A stretch of DNA of 64,000 nucleotides. Source: Epiperipatus broadwayi (lineage: Eukaryota; Animalia; Onychophora). The position numbers were made by a program, and so were the translations under genes. The notes below the pieces were generated by a model. The model was not told where the DNA came from. It ran no database searches and saw only the letters and a program-made list of their open reading frames with translations. This document shows, one piece after another, positions 25,950-40,133 of the stretch. Location of the stretch: the NCBI GenBank assembly GCA_028023455.1, contig JAQFVV010000001.1:34286001-34350000 (forward strand), given 5' to 3'. Within the stretch, counting starts at the first letter, position 1. Each line of letters opens with the position of its first letter.

Positions 25950-26150
25950 CAGTAAAATCTGAAGAGCTGTATGTTGAGAATAACAAGAATGGGTCAAAAG
26001 TGAAATACTTGAGTGTATTGTAAGAATAAATAGGCATCATAATTACCAAAAGAATTGAGTCTGAAATAGAGCTGGGTGGAATATATTGCTAGAAGAGATG
26101 GTAACACAATCAATGCAGCAAATAGAAAAGTTATCCTAGGTTTTGTGTTG
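25950..26150 (+). mobile_element. RTE-clade LINE 3' fragment, decayed
   Basis: Translations SCMLRITR and LK*SWVEYIARRDGN resemble RTE RxMLGITR and LKWxWAGHIARR. Confidence 0.5.
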
Positions 26151-26442
26151 GCATTGCTAGCTAATATTGGACTGCTGAATACAAAGTTTTAATTTTCATT
26201 TTTAAATTTATTTCTGATTTTGGTCTTTTTTTATTATTATTCTTTATGACTAAAACTCAGAAATCCCTTCAAAATAAATAATCAGTTTTGCAACATTTAC
26301 TGATAGAGAGCAGATTAAAATATTAATCTTATTGATGCATGGTATATTTATTTAAAATATTTTATTAATACTTGAATGACATTAGCACATTTATTTTACT
26401 ATATTGAGTGCATGTGAAAAAATGTAATATAAGATGTTAAAT

Positions 26443-26750
26443 TAACTTTGAACTATTGTCATGGTGGTACATGTATTATTTAATGCTATTTTTAATTATT
26501 AAGTTAAATCCTCAGATTGCTTCCTTAAGAGTGAAAATACTGTTCAAACTATATTAGTATCTTTGAACCACCTTTATGACATAGTCATAAACATGTCAAA
26601 ATAACTTTGAACTATTATTATGCTGCTGCATGTATAATTTAATGCTGTTTTTAATTACTAAATTAAATCTACTGATTGCTTCCATAAAAATAAAAATACT
26701 GTTTAAACTATATCAATATCTTTGAATTACCATCATAGCACAGTCACAAT
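26443..26750. repeat. Tandem duplication, 159-bp period, diverged
   Basis: TAACTTTGAACTATT at 26443 and 26602; shared TTTAATGCT, GATTGCTTCC, AAAATACTGTT, ATCTTTGAA blocks. Confidence 0.8.
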
Positions 26751-27315
26751 TGCTTAACAAAATATGAATTTGATTTAAAGTTGCTTCCACAAGAAAAAAC
26801 ATGAGGGTGGGAGAAAATGTTAAGAGAGCAAAGTATTCTGGATGCAGCAATTACAAAACATATCAGTGATCTATCTGCTCCAATAAATAAATAGATGATT
26901 TTGTTATATGTGTCATTTTGTAATTGTTTGATTAAAAAAAGTTCAGAAAGTGTATAAAATATTATAAAAATGGAAATGTTAAATAAAAGTTGTAATTATT
27001 AAATAGAAGCATATTTGTTTAAGTTTCCAGCAATATGTTTTGCTTTAAAGATTGGGGGAAGGGGTGATATAAGAAATATGTTCCTCACTTGATTCTTAAT
27101 TTGGAAAATTGTTAATATAAGATGGTCTGATAATATAAATGTTATGTTAACACTATTATATCTATGCCTATATCACTACCTTTTACATATGTTGCATAGT
27201 TTACAGTCAAATATTTTTTGACTTCAGTGAATCATGATATTTGGGATTGTAATTAATCAATTAGATATTTATTCATTATTTTTGGTAGCTCCACAAAAAT
27301 CATCATAGTCTATAC

Positions 27316-27842
27316 CAATGATCTTAAACCTTTGGTCCACGGACCGGTGTTGGCCGCAGAAGTTTTTTACCGGTTCTCCAGTAGACTGGCAGGAAAGTTT
27401 GTAATAACAAAATAATAACAGTTTAAACTTTTAATTAATATAAACAATTTTTATTTATTTTTTTCATCTCATTTTTATCCAATTGAAAAAAAATAAACAC
27501 AACGAAAACAAAATCTAATCAATCATAAATAAATAAATTTGTTTTTCTACTTATCACAGATGTTTATGGGTTGTGGGTGGGGGGGTTAAATTTTTTATTA
27601 TTTTTCTAAAAAAAATATCAAAATTTAAAAAAAAAAAGTTTTTTATTATACAAACTCCATTTATATATAACTTCATCTTGTATATTTAACATTGTTGTTT
27701 TGATCAGTTATAACAATTATGCTCATCTAAGGCTAAGTAGTTTACATCTTTTAAGAAAATTTATCTATAGACTTCTGCCGATCCGCAAAACCTTATCCTT
27801 ATTTTTACCAATCCGCAGGTGTGAAAAGGTTGAAAACCACTG
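27316..27842 (+). mobile_element. Non-autonomous hAT (Charlie-type) element, 527 bp, with 8-bp TSD
   Basis: Exact TSD GTCTATAC at 27308-27315 and 27843-27850. Termini CAATGATCTTAAACCTTT and (reverse complement) CAGTGGTTTTCAACCTTT match at 14/18. Subterminal CCACGGACCGG. Confidence 0.85.
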
Positions 27843-28056
27843 GTCTATACTATTCAATTTTAATATTAAATTTCCTTATATTTTTGGTTTTACTTTTAAT
27901 TAGTAAAATTATTTTATTTCAATTAATGTAGATCCTGATAGTTTGTGTTGATTATTTTGGGGAGAGTGATGGATGAAATTAATCAAATTTTTGTAAGATT
28001 AAATAGAACTGTAAAACCAACTTTTATATTGACACACATACATATATATTGAACCG

Positions 28057-28182
28057 AGTGGATGGTAGATCGAATAGGAAACAAAAATCTATAGCATGAA
28101 ATTTTCTCTATAATGGAAATAGAAATTTGTGAAAAGCAAACTTATGATACAATTATTTATTATAAATTCGATCTACTCCACT
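28057..28182. repeat. Short MITE-like hairpin
   Basis: AGTGGATGGTAGATCGAAT versus the reverse complement AGTGGAGTAGATCGAAT; no TSD resolved. Confidence 0.5.
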
Positions 28183-28949
28183 GCAATTTAAGTATTGCTC
28201 CACACGGTCCCTTCGGCAAAGAAGCATAATACCCAGGGCTATCTGTGATCAAGCCGGAGCTATATATGATACATAACTACAATTACGTTTCAAGGCCACA
28301 GATCTTTTCGGCTGCAAAATTCAACACCTATCATTCAAAGCACTTTTTTTTGAAACTCCAGGTACCCTGAATAGTAGCGCCTAAGAAATCTCAACTAGCT
28401 CAGTCAAAAGGATAATATAATAAATTGCTGCTCTAATTAATGCTATTAGTAAAGAACTGAGACTGACAAAATATTAATTTTCAAAGATAATTTATTTTAA
28501 TTAAAATGCTTACTATAATTTGTAAAATAATTATAAATTTTCTCAATTAAATAAACAATAATTTTACGTATAATACCCACACACACATTCTTAATAACAT
28601 ACAATAAAATATAATATAACCTAAAGCATTAAATAAGTACAAATCATTTAAAATGTGCATCAGTAGTTCATTTTATGCGGTTATAGAGTTCATTTATTAA
28701 CTGACTCTGGGAGGCTTCAAGATTGCAATGGCTACATTAATTAATATCAAAAATTGGAATAAGAGAATGTTATTACCACGTGGTGGCTGTTTACTACTTC
28801 ATGTGTGTGTTTTACCAACCATTTGGATTTTAGGCTTCTGATGCGGATTCAAGCTATTTCTTACTCAAGGCAGTTAGACACTTTTAGGCAGTTTTAAATT
28901 ATTAAACGGACATTGTTTCTATCGGGCAGACTGCTGATGATCTGTCGGA

Positions 28950-28991
28950 CTGAGGCTGGAGCTCATTGCATGCTCCGAAAATTGCTCAACA
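28950..28991 (+). ncRNA. Degenerate hammerhead-ribozyme-like motif (Penelope pLTR type)
   Basis: CTGAGGC-T-GGAGC-tcattgcat-GCTCC-GAAA: core one base from CUGANGA and a perfect 5-bp stem II abutting GAAA. Stems I and III not convincingly formed. Confidence 0.3.
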
Positions 28992-31900
28992 CTGCATTGT
29001 CTTTATTAACAAATATGTATAACAAGTGATTGACTTTAGATACGTGAATGACTGACTGACAAAATTTTCAGCCCTATTTATATGATGACCTTATTGTCAT
29101 TTCTTTAATTAGTTTTGAAATTCGTCCATTGCTTTGATTAAGTTCTTAAGATGCCTTTTAATTAATCCTGCTGTTTATGGATTTTAATTAGTACCCATTG
29201 CTAATCCCTGTTGTTTATGTATTTTAAAAAAAAACTTTTATAAAAATATCTAATAACAATAATTAGAAAACATTTAATAGTTAATATGAGTCAATTTAAG
29301 AAATATTTGGTGGATATTGATTGATGATAGTATAATCAAATTTTTAAGTTGATCATCTATCAAGCTGTTTTTCATCAAAGAATAGAATTGCTCATATTTA
29401 TATGTACTCACCGACAATATTAATATTCAGTGTATATATTGCAGTAATATGCAGGTACTTAGCTTGGTAAAAATGTATTTTTTTTTTAATTCTAAAATTG
29501 TATTGTCTTTGAATGAATCTTTAAGTTCTAAATTTGACTGTAGATGTGTCATTTCCATATATAATTGTTCCAGTGGCGTTTTTGTTTGATTTGCAAATGG
29601 AACTGTGAATATTCTAATTTGATTGTCTGTCTCTTCTTCTTTTTTACAACAAAATAAAAAAAAATCTTTGTTTGAATTTTGAATACAATTTTTTTATTAA
29701 GTCTGCATATATTTTATGACACATATCTAACTAGTAAATAAAAAAAAATTTATTAAACTATTGTTTTGTAGCTGCTTTCTCCATAATGATAGTTTTATTA
29801 TGAATATATTAATATGCATCTAAAATTCAAATTTTTATATTAAGGTCTGATAAATGGAAAGTAATATCTATCAGAAACCCAAGATCGTATGTCCAGCAAT
29901 TGGCATCAAATTGTGGGATGGGTTTGCCCCTTTTTATACCTATTTTTAAAAAAACTTACGGCTAGCAAGAAATTTTTTTTTTTTTTTTAGTATTTTGACT
30001 TTATACTCAATCATCTTATTTCAGAAAAGAAAATTACACAATGATACACTGTATCCATGTCTGTTAAGATATTCTTAAATTGCTGGTGATTAAGAACTTT
30101 TAATCTAACAAAATTAACAATCAAAATTACTATCTGCATGACATACTGAAATTGAATATTTTTCATGCATAAATTTTCAATATGAATAACTCACTTACAT
30201 AAAAATAATTCCCTGAAAATTTCTTAGTCAAAATCTCGGTTAATCTAGAGCAATTTCCTTTCATAGAAGGAGTTTCATCTCTTGTGGTGCCACAAAACTT
30301 CCTAAATTTGAATGTTTTGTTTTTTTTCTAAAACAGTTTCTAATGCAAGTTATATTTGTTTACCATGTTTTAACATGTAATGATGCTTAATGTTATATTC
30401 TTTAAGAACAGCAATGCTTTCCAAACAAATCATACATTATATACTTGCTTCCATACAAAAAAAAAAAGGATAATTATTGTCTACAAATCATTGAATTCCC
30501 TATTAAAATTTTATTTTAAATAATAAATCATTTAATACTTAAAAATTGAAATAAATTTTCATTTAATAAAGCTGATTTGAAAGTTCTAATGTACAAATGT
30601 TGTATGCATATTGTCTATTTCCACTATAATTATTGCATATATAAATATCTTCCCAAATAAGTTGCATGGGCATACAACATTGCACAACAAGGAAAGCATT
30701 CAGTGTAAAAGAAGATTAATGATAGTTATAAACCCATGTCTGTTTATGTATATTCTGCTAATAAATTTTGTATTTTATGTATAGCTTGTTGAGTAGGACA
30801 TTATTTTAATAGGAGTAAATTTGAGATAAGCATTATATATCTAACTAAATAATGTCAATTATTTTGCGTTTATTATTTTTAAATATTCAATCTTGTCCAG
30901 TAATTCACATAAATGGCACCAGACTGCTTTGGAATGACAAATAGTTTTAAATGATTGATGGGGAAAGATAAGCAAAGTATCCCAATCCTGTACAGCTAAT
31001 TGAAAGTCACAATGATAACGCTATAAATAAATAAAACATTTAAATAAGACTATCAACATCAATTAATTTTTTTATCTCTATCCTTTTTTTTTTGCATTCA
31101 GAAATTTTATTTTATTTATCGAGTGGTCAGTCATATGGAAATGAAATAATTTTTGAATTACAAATAGTAATTGGAGGTGATGCATTGCATCATTGAACAG
31201 ACATTTTTAAAAAAAAACTTTTTCTTTCGTTTGTTAATCAAATATTCATTAAGAAATAAATATATATGTTTTCTGCATTTAAAATATTACTTTATATGTA
31301 ATTATTAGTTTTTCAAAATTAAAATTTGCATCAACTGCCCAAATTTTTCTGTGAATAGATTTTTTTGGGAAATTGATGAGCCTTTTGTGAAATCTAATTC
31401 TTCGATTATTTAGAATGAAATTACATATTTATAATGAATTTGCTAACAACAGAAACTTTTTCTTTATTTTTTATATCAATCTATGTATTATACATTCTAT
31501 AGTTTTCCAATAAATTTTAAGTTCCCATGCAAAAATGTCAAATTTACTCAGCATATCAGGAATGTGAATTCTCACTTTTTTTTTAATGTATTATATTTAT
31601 ATAAAAAGATAAGTTATTTGATAATTGAAATTAGAAAAAAAATTGTATAATATAAATTTTAATCAACAGAAACAGTAAAAGTTGGAAATCATAAAAGTAG
31701 ATGGTTATCAAAGAAAAAGTAAAGTACTCCAGAAGAAAAGATAATTTTGAAATGCTAAAGTCCTGTTCATTAATTAAAGAAATAATAATGGTAAGAAAAA
31801 ATGTAAATTAAAACATGAAAAGATTTCGTTTGCGATTAAATTAAAATATTAATTAAATCTGTAAATCAAGATTTAATTAGTGTGATGATAAGAAAATATG

Positions 31901-34878
31901 CAGTGATATATAAATAGGAAAAAATTATTGCTACAAGTATTTTGCATCTTTGTTCCTTTTAGTGGATGTTCTTTGTCATCGAGCATTTAGTAGAACAAGA
32001 TCACCATTTGTGTTAGCCACAATTATTGAAGAGTTTCTTAACCCAGGCACCAGTTACCTGAAGGTTAATGAGCTTGTTGTGAATCCATATAAATCACCCT
32101 GATACTATTTTTTAGATGCCTGAGAAGGCTCATAGAGGAATTACTTTCAGAGGGAAATAGAACTTTATTTTGTCAGACTTTTAATTAATATTGTTGACTG
32201 AGAAATTAGAACTATCTATAGTAAAATACATCTATATGTATAGTTGTGCAGAACATTGAGATTGAATTTCATCTCAGTTAACGTGGACTGCATAGTGGTG
32301 TTATATATTTTGTCTGTTTATTCAATAATTAAGTAAATTTTCATTATATTGGAATTTATTTAATTCCTAGTTATTGTATTTTGCTACGATCTGTTACATT
32401 TTCTTGTTAGCAGATACATAGCATTAAATATGCTTTTATTTTATCACTTTTGGTCTAGATCAAATCTTGTAACTCAATTATGTATTTCTTGGACATTCCA
32501 CTTTTAGAGTTTGCAAACAATTTTAATGAAAAATTTAAATTTTTAATTTTATATATAAACATTTCATGCAAGTTGTGTTTAACATTATTTTTTGTAATTT
32601 AAACCTGAACGATTCATTGAAAATTGATTTTGATAATTCAGTGTTACATATATAAAAATAAAAAATAAAATAAAGTTTTCTTCAGCTTTCATAAATAAAA
32701 ACATGAGGTGGAATAGCTAGTTCACATGTCAGTTTTCCAAGGAATTATGTAAATAAGTTTTCAAGCAATGCCTACTTTCTTGTATCATGCCAAAATCTTA
32801 CTTTACCCGCATACTTTTGCATGCACTATGACTATGCCAAATGGTACTGCTGAAGAGCATTTCGTAAACTAGAATCGTGATATTTTAGTGGTTAGGAAAT
32901 GTGACTGAGTATTCATCAGAGTTTTAAAAAAGGTCATTTTTTATCTTATGAATAGATTGGCATTTATGCAAGAAAGTGGGCATTATTTGCAAATTTATTT
33001 AAATGTTTATTTGGGAATATACTTCAGAATTATCACAATAACATTTTTGTTCTGCTCTATGCTTTTCTTTTGAAAGCTGAAGAAAATTTTATTGCATTCA
33101 TTGATTATTATTAGTGGTCGTAATTCATTTTCTCTAAAATCAAGCTACATACATTGTAATATCTATACAACTAATGTATGTAATATAGACTAAGTAAGCT
33201 AGGGAACTACAGAGATGATTGATTTTATTGCAGAAATTTACAAACTTTTTTTAATTTAAGAATTGTTTTTCTTTTAGATTTTTAATATTTGAGAGCCATT
33301 TTGACTATTTTCATATTATTTTCAAAACAAATATGGTAAATGTGATTAAAATAAAAAAAAAAATTATAGTTATTCTAATTAAACTCCAGATGAATTGGCC
33401 AAAAAAAAAAGAGAAATGAACTGTTGTGGAATATCTTATAGATGTGGATTCAAGAATCAACAAGAATATAGCTCACATGACCTAAATTTATTTAAGCTTA
33501 ATTATATGGTTAATAATCTGCCAAAATTGCATTATATGTATACTTTTTTTCATTTGATGCATCAATTCTCTGAGCTTAATTATTATATTACTTGTGTGCG
33601 AAAATATATGTAATTATGCTGATATGGTGATAATTCAATTAGAAAGTTTTTCTAGTGATAAAAGTGATAGAAATTAATCAAGACAAATTTAAGTTGGCAA
33701 AAATAGAATGATTCTGCTAAATATAATAAAAAAAATTTTATAATAAATTATATATTTCTTTTTTTCTTTTTTTTTTTGACAAATTATATATTTTAAGCCT
33801 GTCAAATGATATTTCTTCAGCAGCTTTTTTAGTTTTGTGACTTTACTTCTTTTATTATAGTAAAGAAAAGAAAATCTGTTTAAAACTAATTTATATATAT
33901 TTGATTCTGCATTCATAGGCCACAAATATTTAAAAAAATTGAAGCGGCAAATTCAACAAATATTAAATGCTATTAAGAATAACTTATCCAATTTATTTTC
34001 TGCTTTGAAAAGTGAAATAAAAAGAGAGGGGAGGGGATTAAATAAATAATCTTTTAGAATTTCGTTACCACAAATCTCCAGCAACTGAAAATAATTTTCT
34101 GTAAAGGCATACTAGTTTTATTGATTATTATTGTTAAATATTTTATCAGCGTCATCGTTTTGACTTAAAAATGTACATTTCCATATGCACTGTTTAACAG
34201 AGGGTAAAACAGAAATATGTGCTACAGCAGTGTTTAAAATGGTTATTGATTTTTACAAACATGCAAGAATCTTTATATTTTCCGATATAAACAATAATAA
34301 AAAAAAATCTCTAAGCATACTATTTTTTTTTTACATTTTCACTAATAAACTATTGTAATATTTAAATATATATATATATATTGTAGTTTATGAAATGACC
34401 GGTAGTACATGACACTTTCCACGTGACGCTTCGGGACTAGTACCTTACAACCTGATGTAACCTAAATATATATTACACTCATGGTTATTTACGTATTATA
34501 TCTATACATACAATATAATGAAATCTTCCTGGGAAATGTTCTAGTCCATCACTATGATTATACTTTTTTTTAATCTAAGTTAGGTCAGGAAGAAACGTGA
34601 CACTTCCTTTATATCTTGACGACCAAAATCATATCTCCTCAAATTCTCCAATATAATATAGGAACAACTTCAAATTCTAATATCACGAAAGTGTAGCATG
34701 TTATTCACACATAATAAAGGACATATGCTTCAATAATCACAAAGTTTAAGAGGCAGTTTAATTATGTCACGCACAAAATAAACCAATATATGAAAAGTAT
34801 TTACTACCAAGTCCCATCTCTAAACTTCATATTGTAGTATTAAATAATCTCATATTGAGCTAAATTAGTCATAATCTA

Positions 34879-36453
34879 CTATATTATAATTTTGTATTTA
34901 ACATGTGACTCTTTTGATAGTTTAATACAGCTCTTATGAAATTTTGAAAATAAGATTATGTTAATATGATATACTGTGCTTTGAATATGATACTCTCTTT
35001 TCCATATTTTGGATCTGTGAAAGAGGGGTGCATCTTAAATTCGAACCTAATATTTTAACATCTTATTTCTGGAGATGTTTGCTTTATGCTAAACATACAC
35101 ATAATACTATGATCATGATTGTTGATATGCCTGGATAGAAGAGCATGTTAAACCTTTTATAATCAAAAGAAAAAAGGTTTAACAATGAATGTCAGTATTT
35201 TTTTAATTAATTTTGTAAATGGCTTTAACACCCTCTCAAACTAATCACTACTTTTAACATTATTTTGCAGATTTTACTGTTATTTTATCGAGAAAACCCA
35301 ACTGAATAACCTTTTTTTTTTTTACAACTAATAAATCAATATGAGATAAGAATCTGGCTTTGCTCTATTTGGTTGTTTTTTGATCTCTTCACAAGACAGT
35401 GCCTCTCAATGATTTTGATAGTTCTGATATCTTTGTTTTTATGTTCAAACTGAAAATGTATGTTTTAGAAACTTAATGTTATTTTGTCCATTTTACTATT
35501 ACTTTATTGAGAAAACTGTACTCATTAACTTTTAGAATTTTTTTAATAACTAATAAATCAGTGTAACAATGACATAACCTGTCATCACTCTGATTGATTG
35601 TTTCTTGTTCTCTACACAAGAGAGTGCCTGCAAACTATTTCGACAGTTCTGATATCATTTTGATTTTCAAAGTGAAAACACTTTAACATTTTTTTTACAC
35701 ATTTATAATTTTTTTAGAAAATATTTATGAAAAGATTATTTTAGAAGATTTAGATTTTATTAGAAAAATGTACTTTTATATGAAAACAAATTGAGCAAGA
35801 AATCAATGATATGTGGTTGTAATTTGGAATTGGATGACAAAAGTACATTTTATGTTGATTGCTATAGATTATTTTTAGCATTTATAAAGAAAAATTTATT
35901 TTTAAAAAATTTTAATTTACTTTAATAATCTGATAAATTATTAATTTGCATTTTAGAAATGGTTTTTAATCAAAAGGAAAAAGATTTAACAATAACATTA
36001 AATGTCAATATCATATTTTAAAACCTTTTTTTTTTGTCTGTGAAAAAAAAAATCTTACAGTATTTGCACTTAAAAAAAAAAACTTTGTAATGCAAACAGT
36101 GTATGTATAATTTTGAATAAGTTTTGCAGTCTTGGAAAAATATACCTGAAGAAATTATCAAAAAATATTTATTAAAATGTATTGCTCATGATTTAAATGG
36201 CCTGAAGATCATGTATCCTGGTGGAATAGTGAAGATGAAAATACAAGTTCTGAAAGTTAAGATGTAGAAAATGTAAGTACGTCTGAAGATTTGCAATAAA
36301 TTAGGTGAACTTACTGTATTTATATTAGTTCCTATTTAAGTAAATAAAATTGTTTTTGATTTTTCAATAAAATCATTTTAAAATTTATCTCCAAATTTTA
36401 TGAGCTTTAAATCCTACTGCGTCTTAAATTCGGGATCGTCTTTTATAATACAG
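34879..36453 (+). mobile_element. Non-autonomous pogo/Tigger-like element with transposase C-terminal relic
   Basis: TA flanks and short termini CTATATTATAA / (reverse complement) CTGTATTATAA. Subterminal GCATCTTAAATTCG and GCGTCTTAAATTCG. 36130-36290 reads SWKNIPEEIIKKYLLKCIAHDLNG..ED, like the pogo AWxxIxxxxIxKSFKKCGIxxxLDGxED tail. Confidence 0.55.
35261..35690. repeat. Tandem duplication, ~220-bp period, inside the pogo-like element
   Basis: TATTTTG..ATTTTACT..GAGAAAAC at 35261 and 35480; shared CACAAGAxAGTGCCT and AGTTCTGATATC. Confidence 0.65.
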
Positions 36454-37184
36454 TATTTATTTTTATTTTAAAACTATATATTTGTTTATTTTTTAGTTGT
36501 TGCAATTTTGAATTTTTACATTATCAACTTTTATCTTTTATTGTTTTCTGGAAATAGAACACATTGTTCAAACTTTTTCGGTTTAATTTTGTTTGAATTT
36601 CATCCAATAAGTGTGTTCTTCTACTTTGACTTTCAAAATCAACTTTTTTCATTAATTTATTTGAGCAGTACAAATAATTCTTTTGAATTTATATTCAGAG
36701 AAATAAAGAATTATTACCATAAGTATTTTCATTTAAAAGAAACTGTTTGTAAACTAATATCATTTTTTGGAACAATGTATTCCTGTGAATCAATTATATT
36801 GATACATTGTCTGTGTTGTTGGTATAAGTATCTAATGAATACCAGTTTATAATGTTAAACAGATCCGTAGATTAGTTTTTGATTATTATTAGCCTTCAAT
36901 AATGAGATGCATTAAATTACATATTCATCCAACAACATATATATATAATGAATGATATTAATAATAAGGAAAAACAAAGTTGTAGGATAAACCTAATGTG
37001 ATGAAATATTGCATGCTATGATGCATGCTATGACCAGGTATGAGTTTGGCATAATTTAAATCCTGGCAGGTGGTCACAAGTTGGACAAGTAACAAAATAA
37101 ATGTGAGATATTTACATATTAAATGTGTTTTAATAGAACATAAATAGAATACAATAACTGAGAAATATAATTTAATACAACTAA

Positions 37185-37330
37185 GTGGAATTTTAAATTG
37201 GATCCCAAAAGAATAAAAGAACTATAAAGAGACAACATGTGAGGAGGAGGATGAAATAAGGAAGTTAACTGGAATAATGTGGATGTTATCATTAATAGTT
37301 GAAAACGGTGATGATGCCTATTTCCATGAT
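37185..37330 (+). mobile_element. RTE-clade LINE 3' end relic
   Basis: Translation NWIPKE*K..EDEIRKLTGIMW resembles RTE WxPxxxKRxxGRPxxRWxDEIRKxxGxxW. Confidence 0.45.
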
Positions 37331-38347
37331 CTGATAATCAACTATTTATATACTTAAAAACATTTTTTTAGTACTTCCTGCTAATATGACTTAATTTTTT
37401 GTAACCATTGTTTAAGATTTGTATGTGTTTAATTTATTATTTTAAACATTTTACAGATTTCAGTTATATTACTTAATGTTTGTATCATCATTTGCAAAAT
37501 ATTGCCAAAGTATCTAATAAAGTTATATATCAATATAAAATTTTAAAAAAATAAAAAATTCTATAATTAAAATATATGTACCATTATTATTATATTCAAT
37601 TTTTAACAAATTCATTTTTGATTAAGTACAGGTGACAAAGAAGCATAGAAAAATATTAATTTTCATAGTTTTATCGTTTGCAGCTTTTATAACCCATTGC
37701 TTTTCAAATAGTAAACAAACATACAAAAGTATATGTTAATTTTCTGATTTTTATATTTAACTTTAAGATGAAGTTATTCTATTTTTTAGATATCTGATAG
37801 TTCTTAACTGAGAGAATAATAATTCCATTTTCTTGAGAACAGAGTAAATTAGTGTAGTGTCCTTCAGTATTAAGAATTTATTTCTCTTTTAAACTTCTGT
37901 TTGTAACATAGAAAAATTAATTCTGGCATTCATAATTTGAAAACTGTAAGGTAATCATCCAAGGCAATAATTGATAACCAAAGCTGTTTAACATTAAGAG
38001 TCTCTATATTAATGATTTACATTACCATTCAATTGTCCTATTAAAACGGTAGATCACTCTCTCAAGTAAAATACTAATCATCATTTATTAATAAATGGGA
38101 CTTTGTGAAAAGAAAAGGTGAAGATAAGAAAACTTTTTTTTTAGAAAAACAGATTTGTATTTTATTATAAACAGTATATATTAAAAACAGAATTGAATGG
38201 GGGTATACTTTATAAAAATAAACAATGGAAAGAACAATTGAATACTAGAAATCTTTTATTCAGATATATCCAGGAATATTTTTGAAAGGTTTAAACATTT
38301 GACAATACAGCATCCAAATGTAGACATACAACAGTTGAACTATATTC

Positions 38348-40111
38348 TGTTAATTATATATATATAATGAAGCAATGGATCTGAAGTCCGATCCATGCTT
38401 CACGGCCTTCTATAAACTTAGTATTATAGACCTGAATTAAGTTTATAGTCCAATATCAGCAGGGTTTTGCATTAAAGCTAAAATTAATTATGTTTATATA
38501 ATTTGTATTTGCATTTAACTATTTCATTTTAAATAAATTCCATTCCAAGATTAAATTTCTGTTAATAAAAATTACTTGTAAAACCTATTAGACAAACATA
38601 TATATACGTCAAGCGTATATATATATATATATATGAGTTAATGCAAAATTCTGCTGAAATAAAATGCTTATATTATTAAAAGAAATAAGAATGTATTTTT
38701 CTTTTTAAATCTTGTTAAAATATTTAGTATAATTTGATTTTGAGATAAGTCCGCCAACATTTTCTAAAAGAATGTATATTTTTAATTAATTAGCCCATTC
38801 AAGGCAAATTAAAGATGGTCTTCTCTTTCTTTTTTTAATTAATAAAAAAGCAAACTTTAAAGAAGGAAATTTAGAATAAAAAAGTAAAAGTTATTTTTTA
38901 GAAAGTGTTACCTTGAAACAAAGGAACGTGGGAGGGCTTATCAAGATCTAAGATCACACATAAAACAATAGAGGGTAGCTTACAAAAAAATGTTTAAATA
39001 GGAGAGTGAACAAAAGACTAGATTATTCAGAGTTTTCTTGCTGGCATTCAGATTTCCCTTTGGAGATTGCATTCAGATTTCTCTTTGGAGAACTCTTTCA
39101 GATTTTGCTTTTGCTTGTTGAGATTTTATTCCAAAAAGTTATATAACTGTCTTCGAAATCACGGAGAAGTTTGAACATGCTACAAGCTAAAAATCATGAA
39201 TTTGATGGATTCTACTATGCTTGGCTAGGCAAAAAACTTTGCCTATCGCTGAGGTTCCTAAATACCATCAAAATGCCATAGTATCCACCCAATATAATCT
39301 GAACTCTGTGTCGTGTCTGTAGGACTTTTCGTAAAAGCATGCTACTTAATTCCACTTTCCTTGTCTGGGCAAATACCTATCAATGGATGGATCAAGCTAC
39401 GCTCGTCGATGGAACATGACCAAGGAATCAGGACGGTAATAGTATCTCTCCTCATGAATTATTTATTATGCTACCCTTTTTGTTCATATCTTTCTTAATT
39501 GCTTAATTGTATTACATTTCTGAATTGTGTTATTTATTTAATTATATTGTTATATAGCCATTTTTATTAGACTAGTCTTAGATATATATATTGCGTGATC
39601 ATCTATCTATATATATTTAACCCTTTTTCCTTCGCTATTCTTCATTACTAACATATATAAATATTTTGTATTCGATTGCGGTTAAGTTTAAAAGTTAATT
39701 TTACATTTAAAATCTCTTTCCAATTTTATTTGTTTCTAAATTCCAGACGAGTAAGTTTCCTTTGTTTGCCAACTTGATCTCCTCGATAACGCCTCTTTTG
39801 TCCGCCATTAGCTTATTACGTATATCGGATTTAGCTATATACGTCTTAAATAATTTTTAAACTCTGTTTTTAGTGCAAAGCAATTAGAAAATGCTTTGCG
39901 AAAGATTTTTAGTATTATACTTTATCGAGGAGATTCGAGTTGACAATTTTATTAAAATTGTGAAGAAAAGACCTAGACCGCAAAAATATTATATCGTTTA
40001 ATCTGTTTTTATTGTCTAATTAGTTAGTTTCATTAATTTAGGGAATAGCGGCGGCCATTAATCATTATTAATATTTTAAACTCATTAATTAAATATCTTA
40101 TTTAACTAACA
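38348..40111 (+). repeat. Left long direct repeat (LTR-like), ~1.76 kb
   Basis: Aligns end to end with 41114-42823 at roughly 90-95% identity by eye. Begins TGTTAAT and ends ACTAACA. Confidence 0.85.
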
Positions 40112-40133
40112 AGATGATACGCAACTTAAATCA

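Noticed and set aside
24399-36852. Further short ORF-track entries (24399-25824, 27700-27903, 33395-33925, 36508-36852)
   Set aside because: Low-complexity chance ORFs or antisense to repeats; no splice or domain support.
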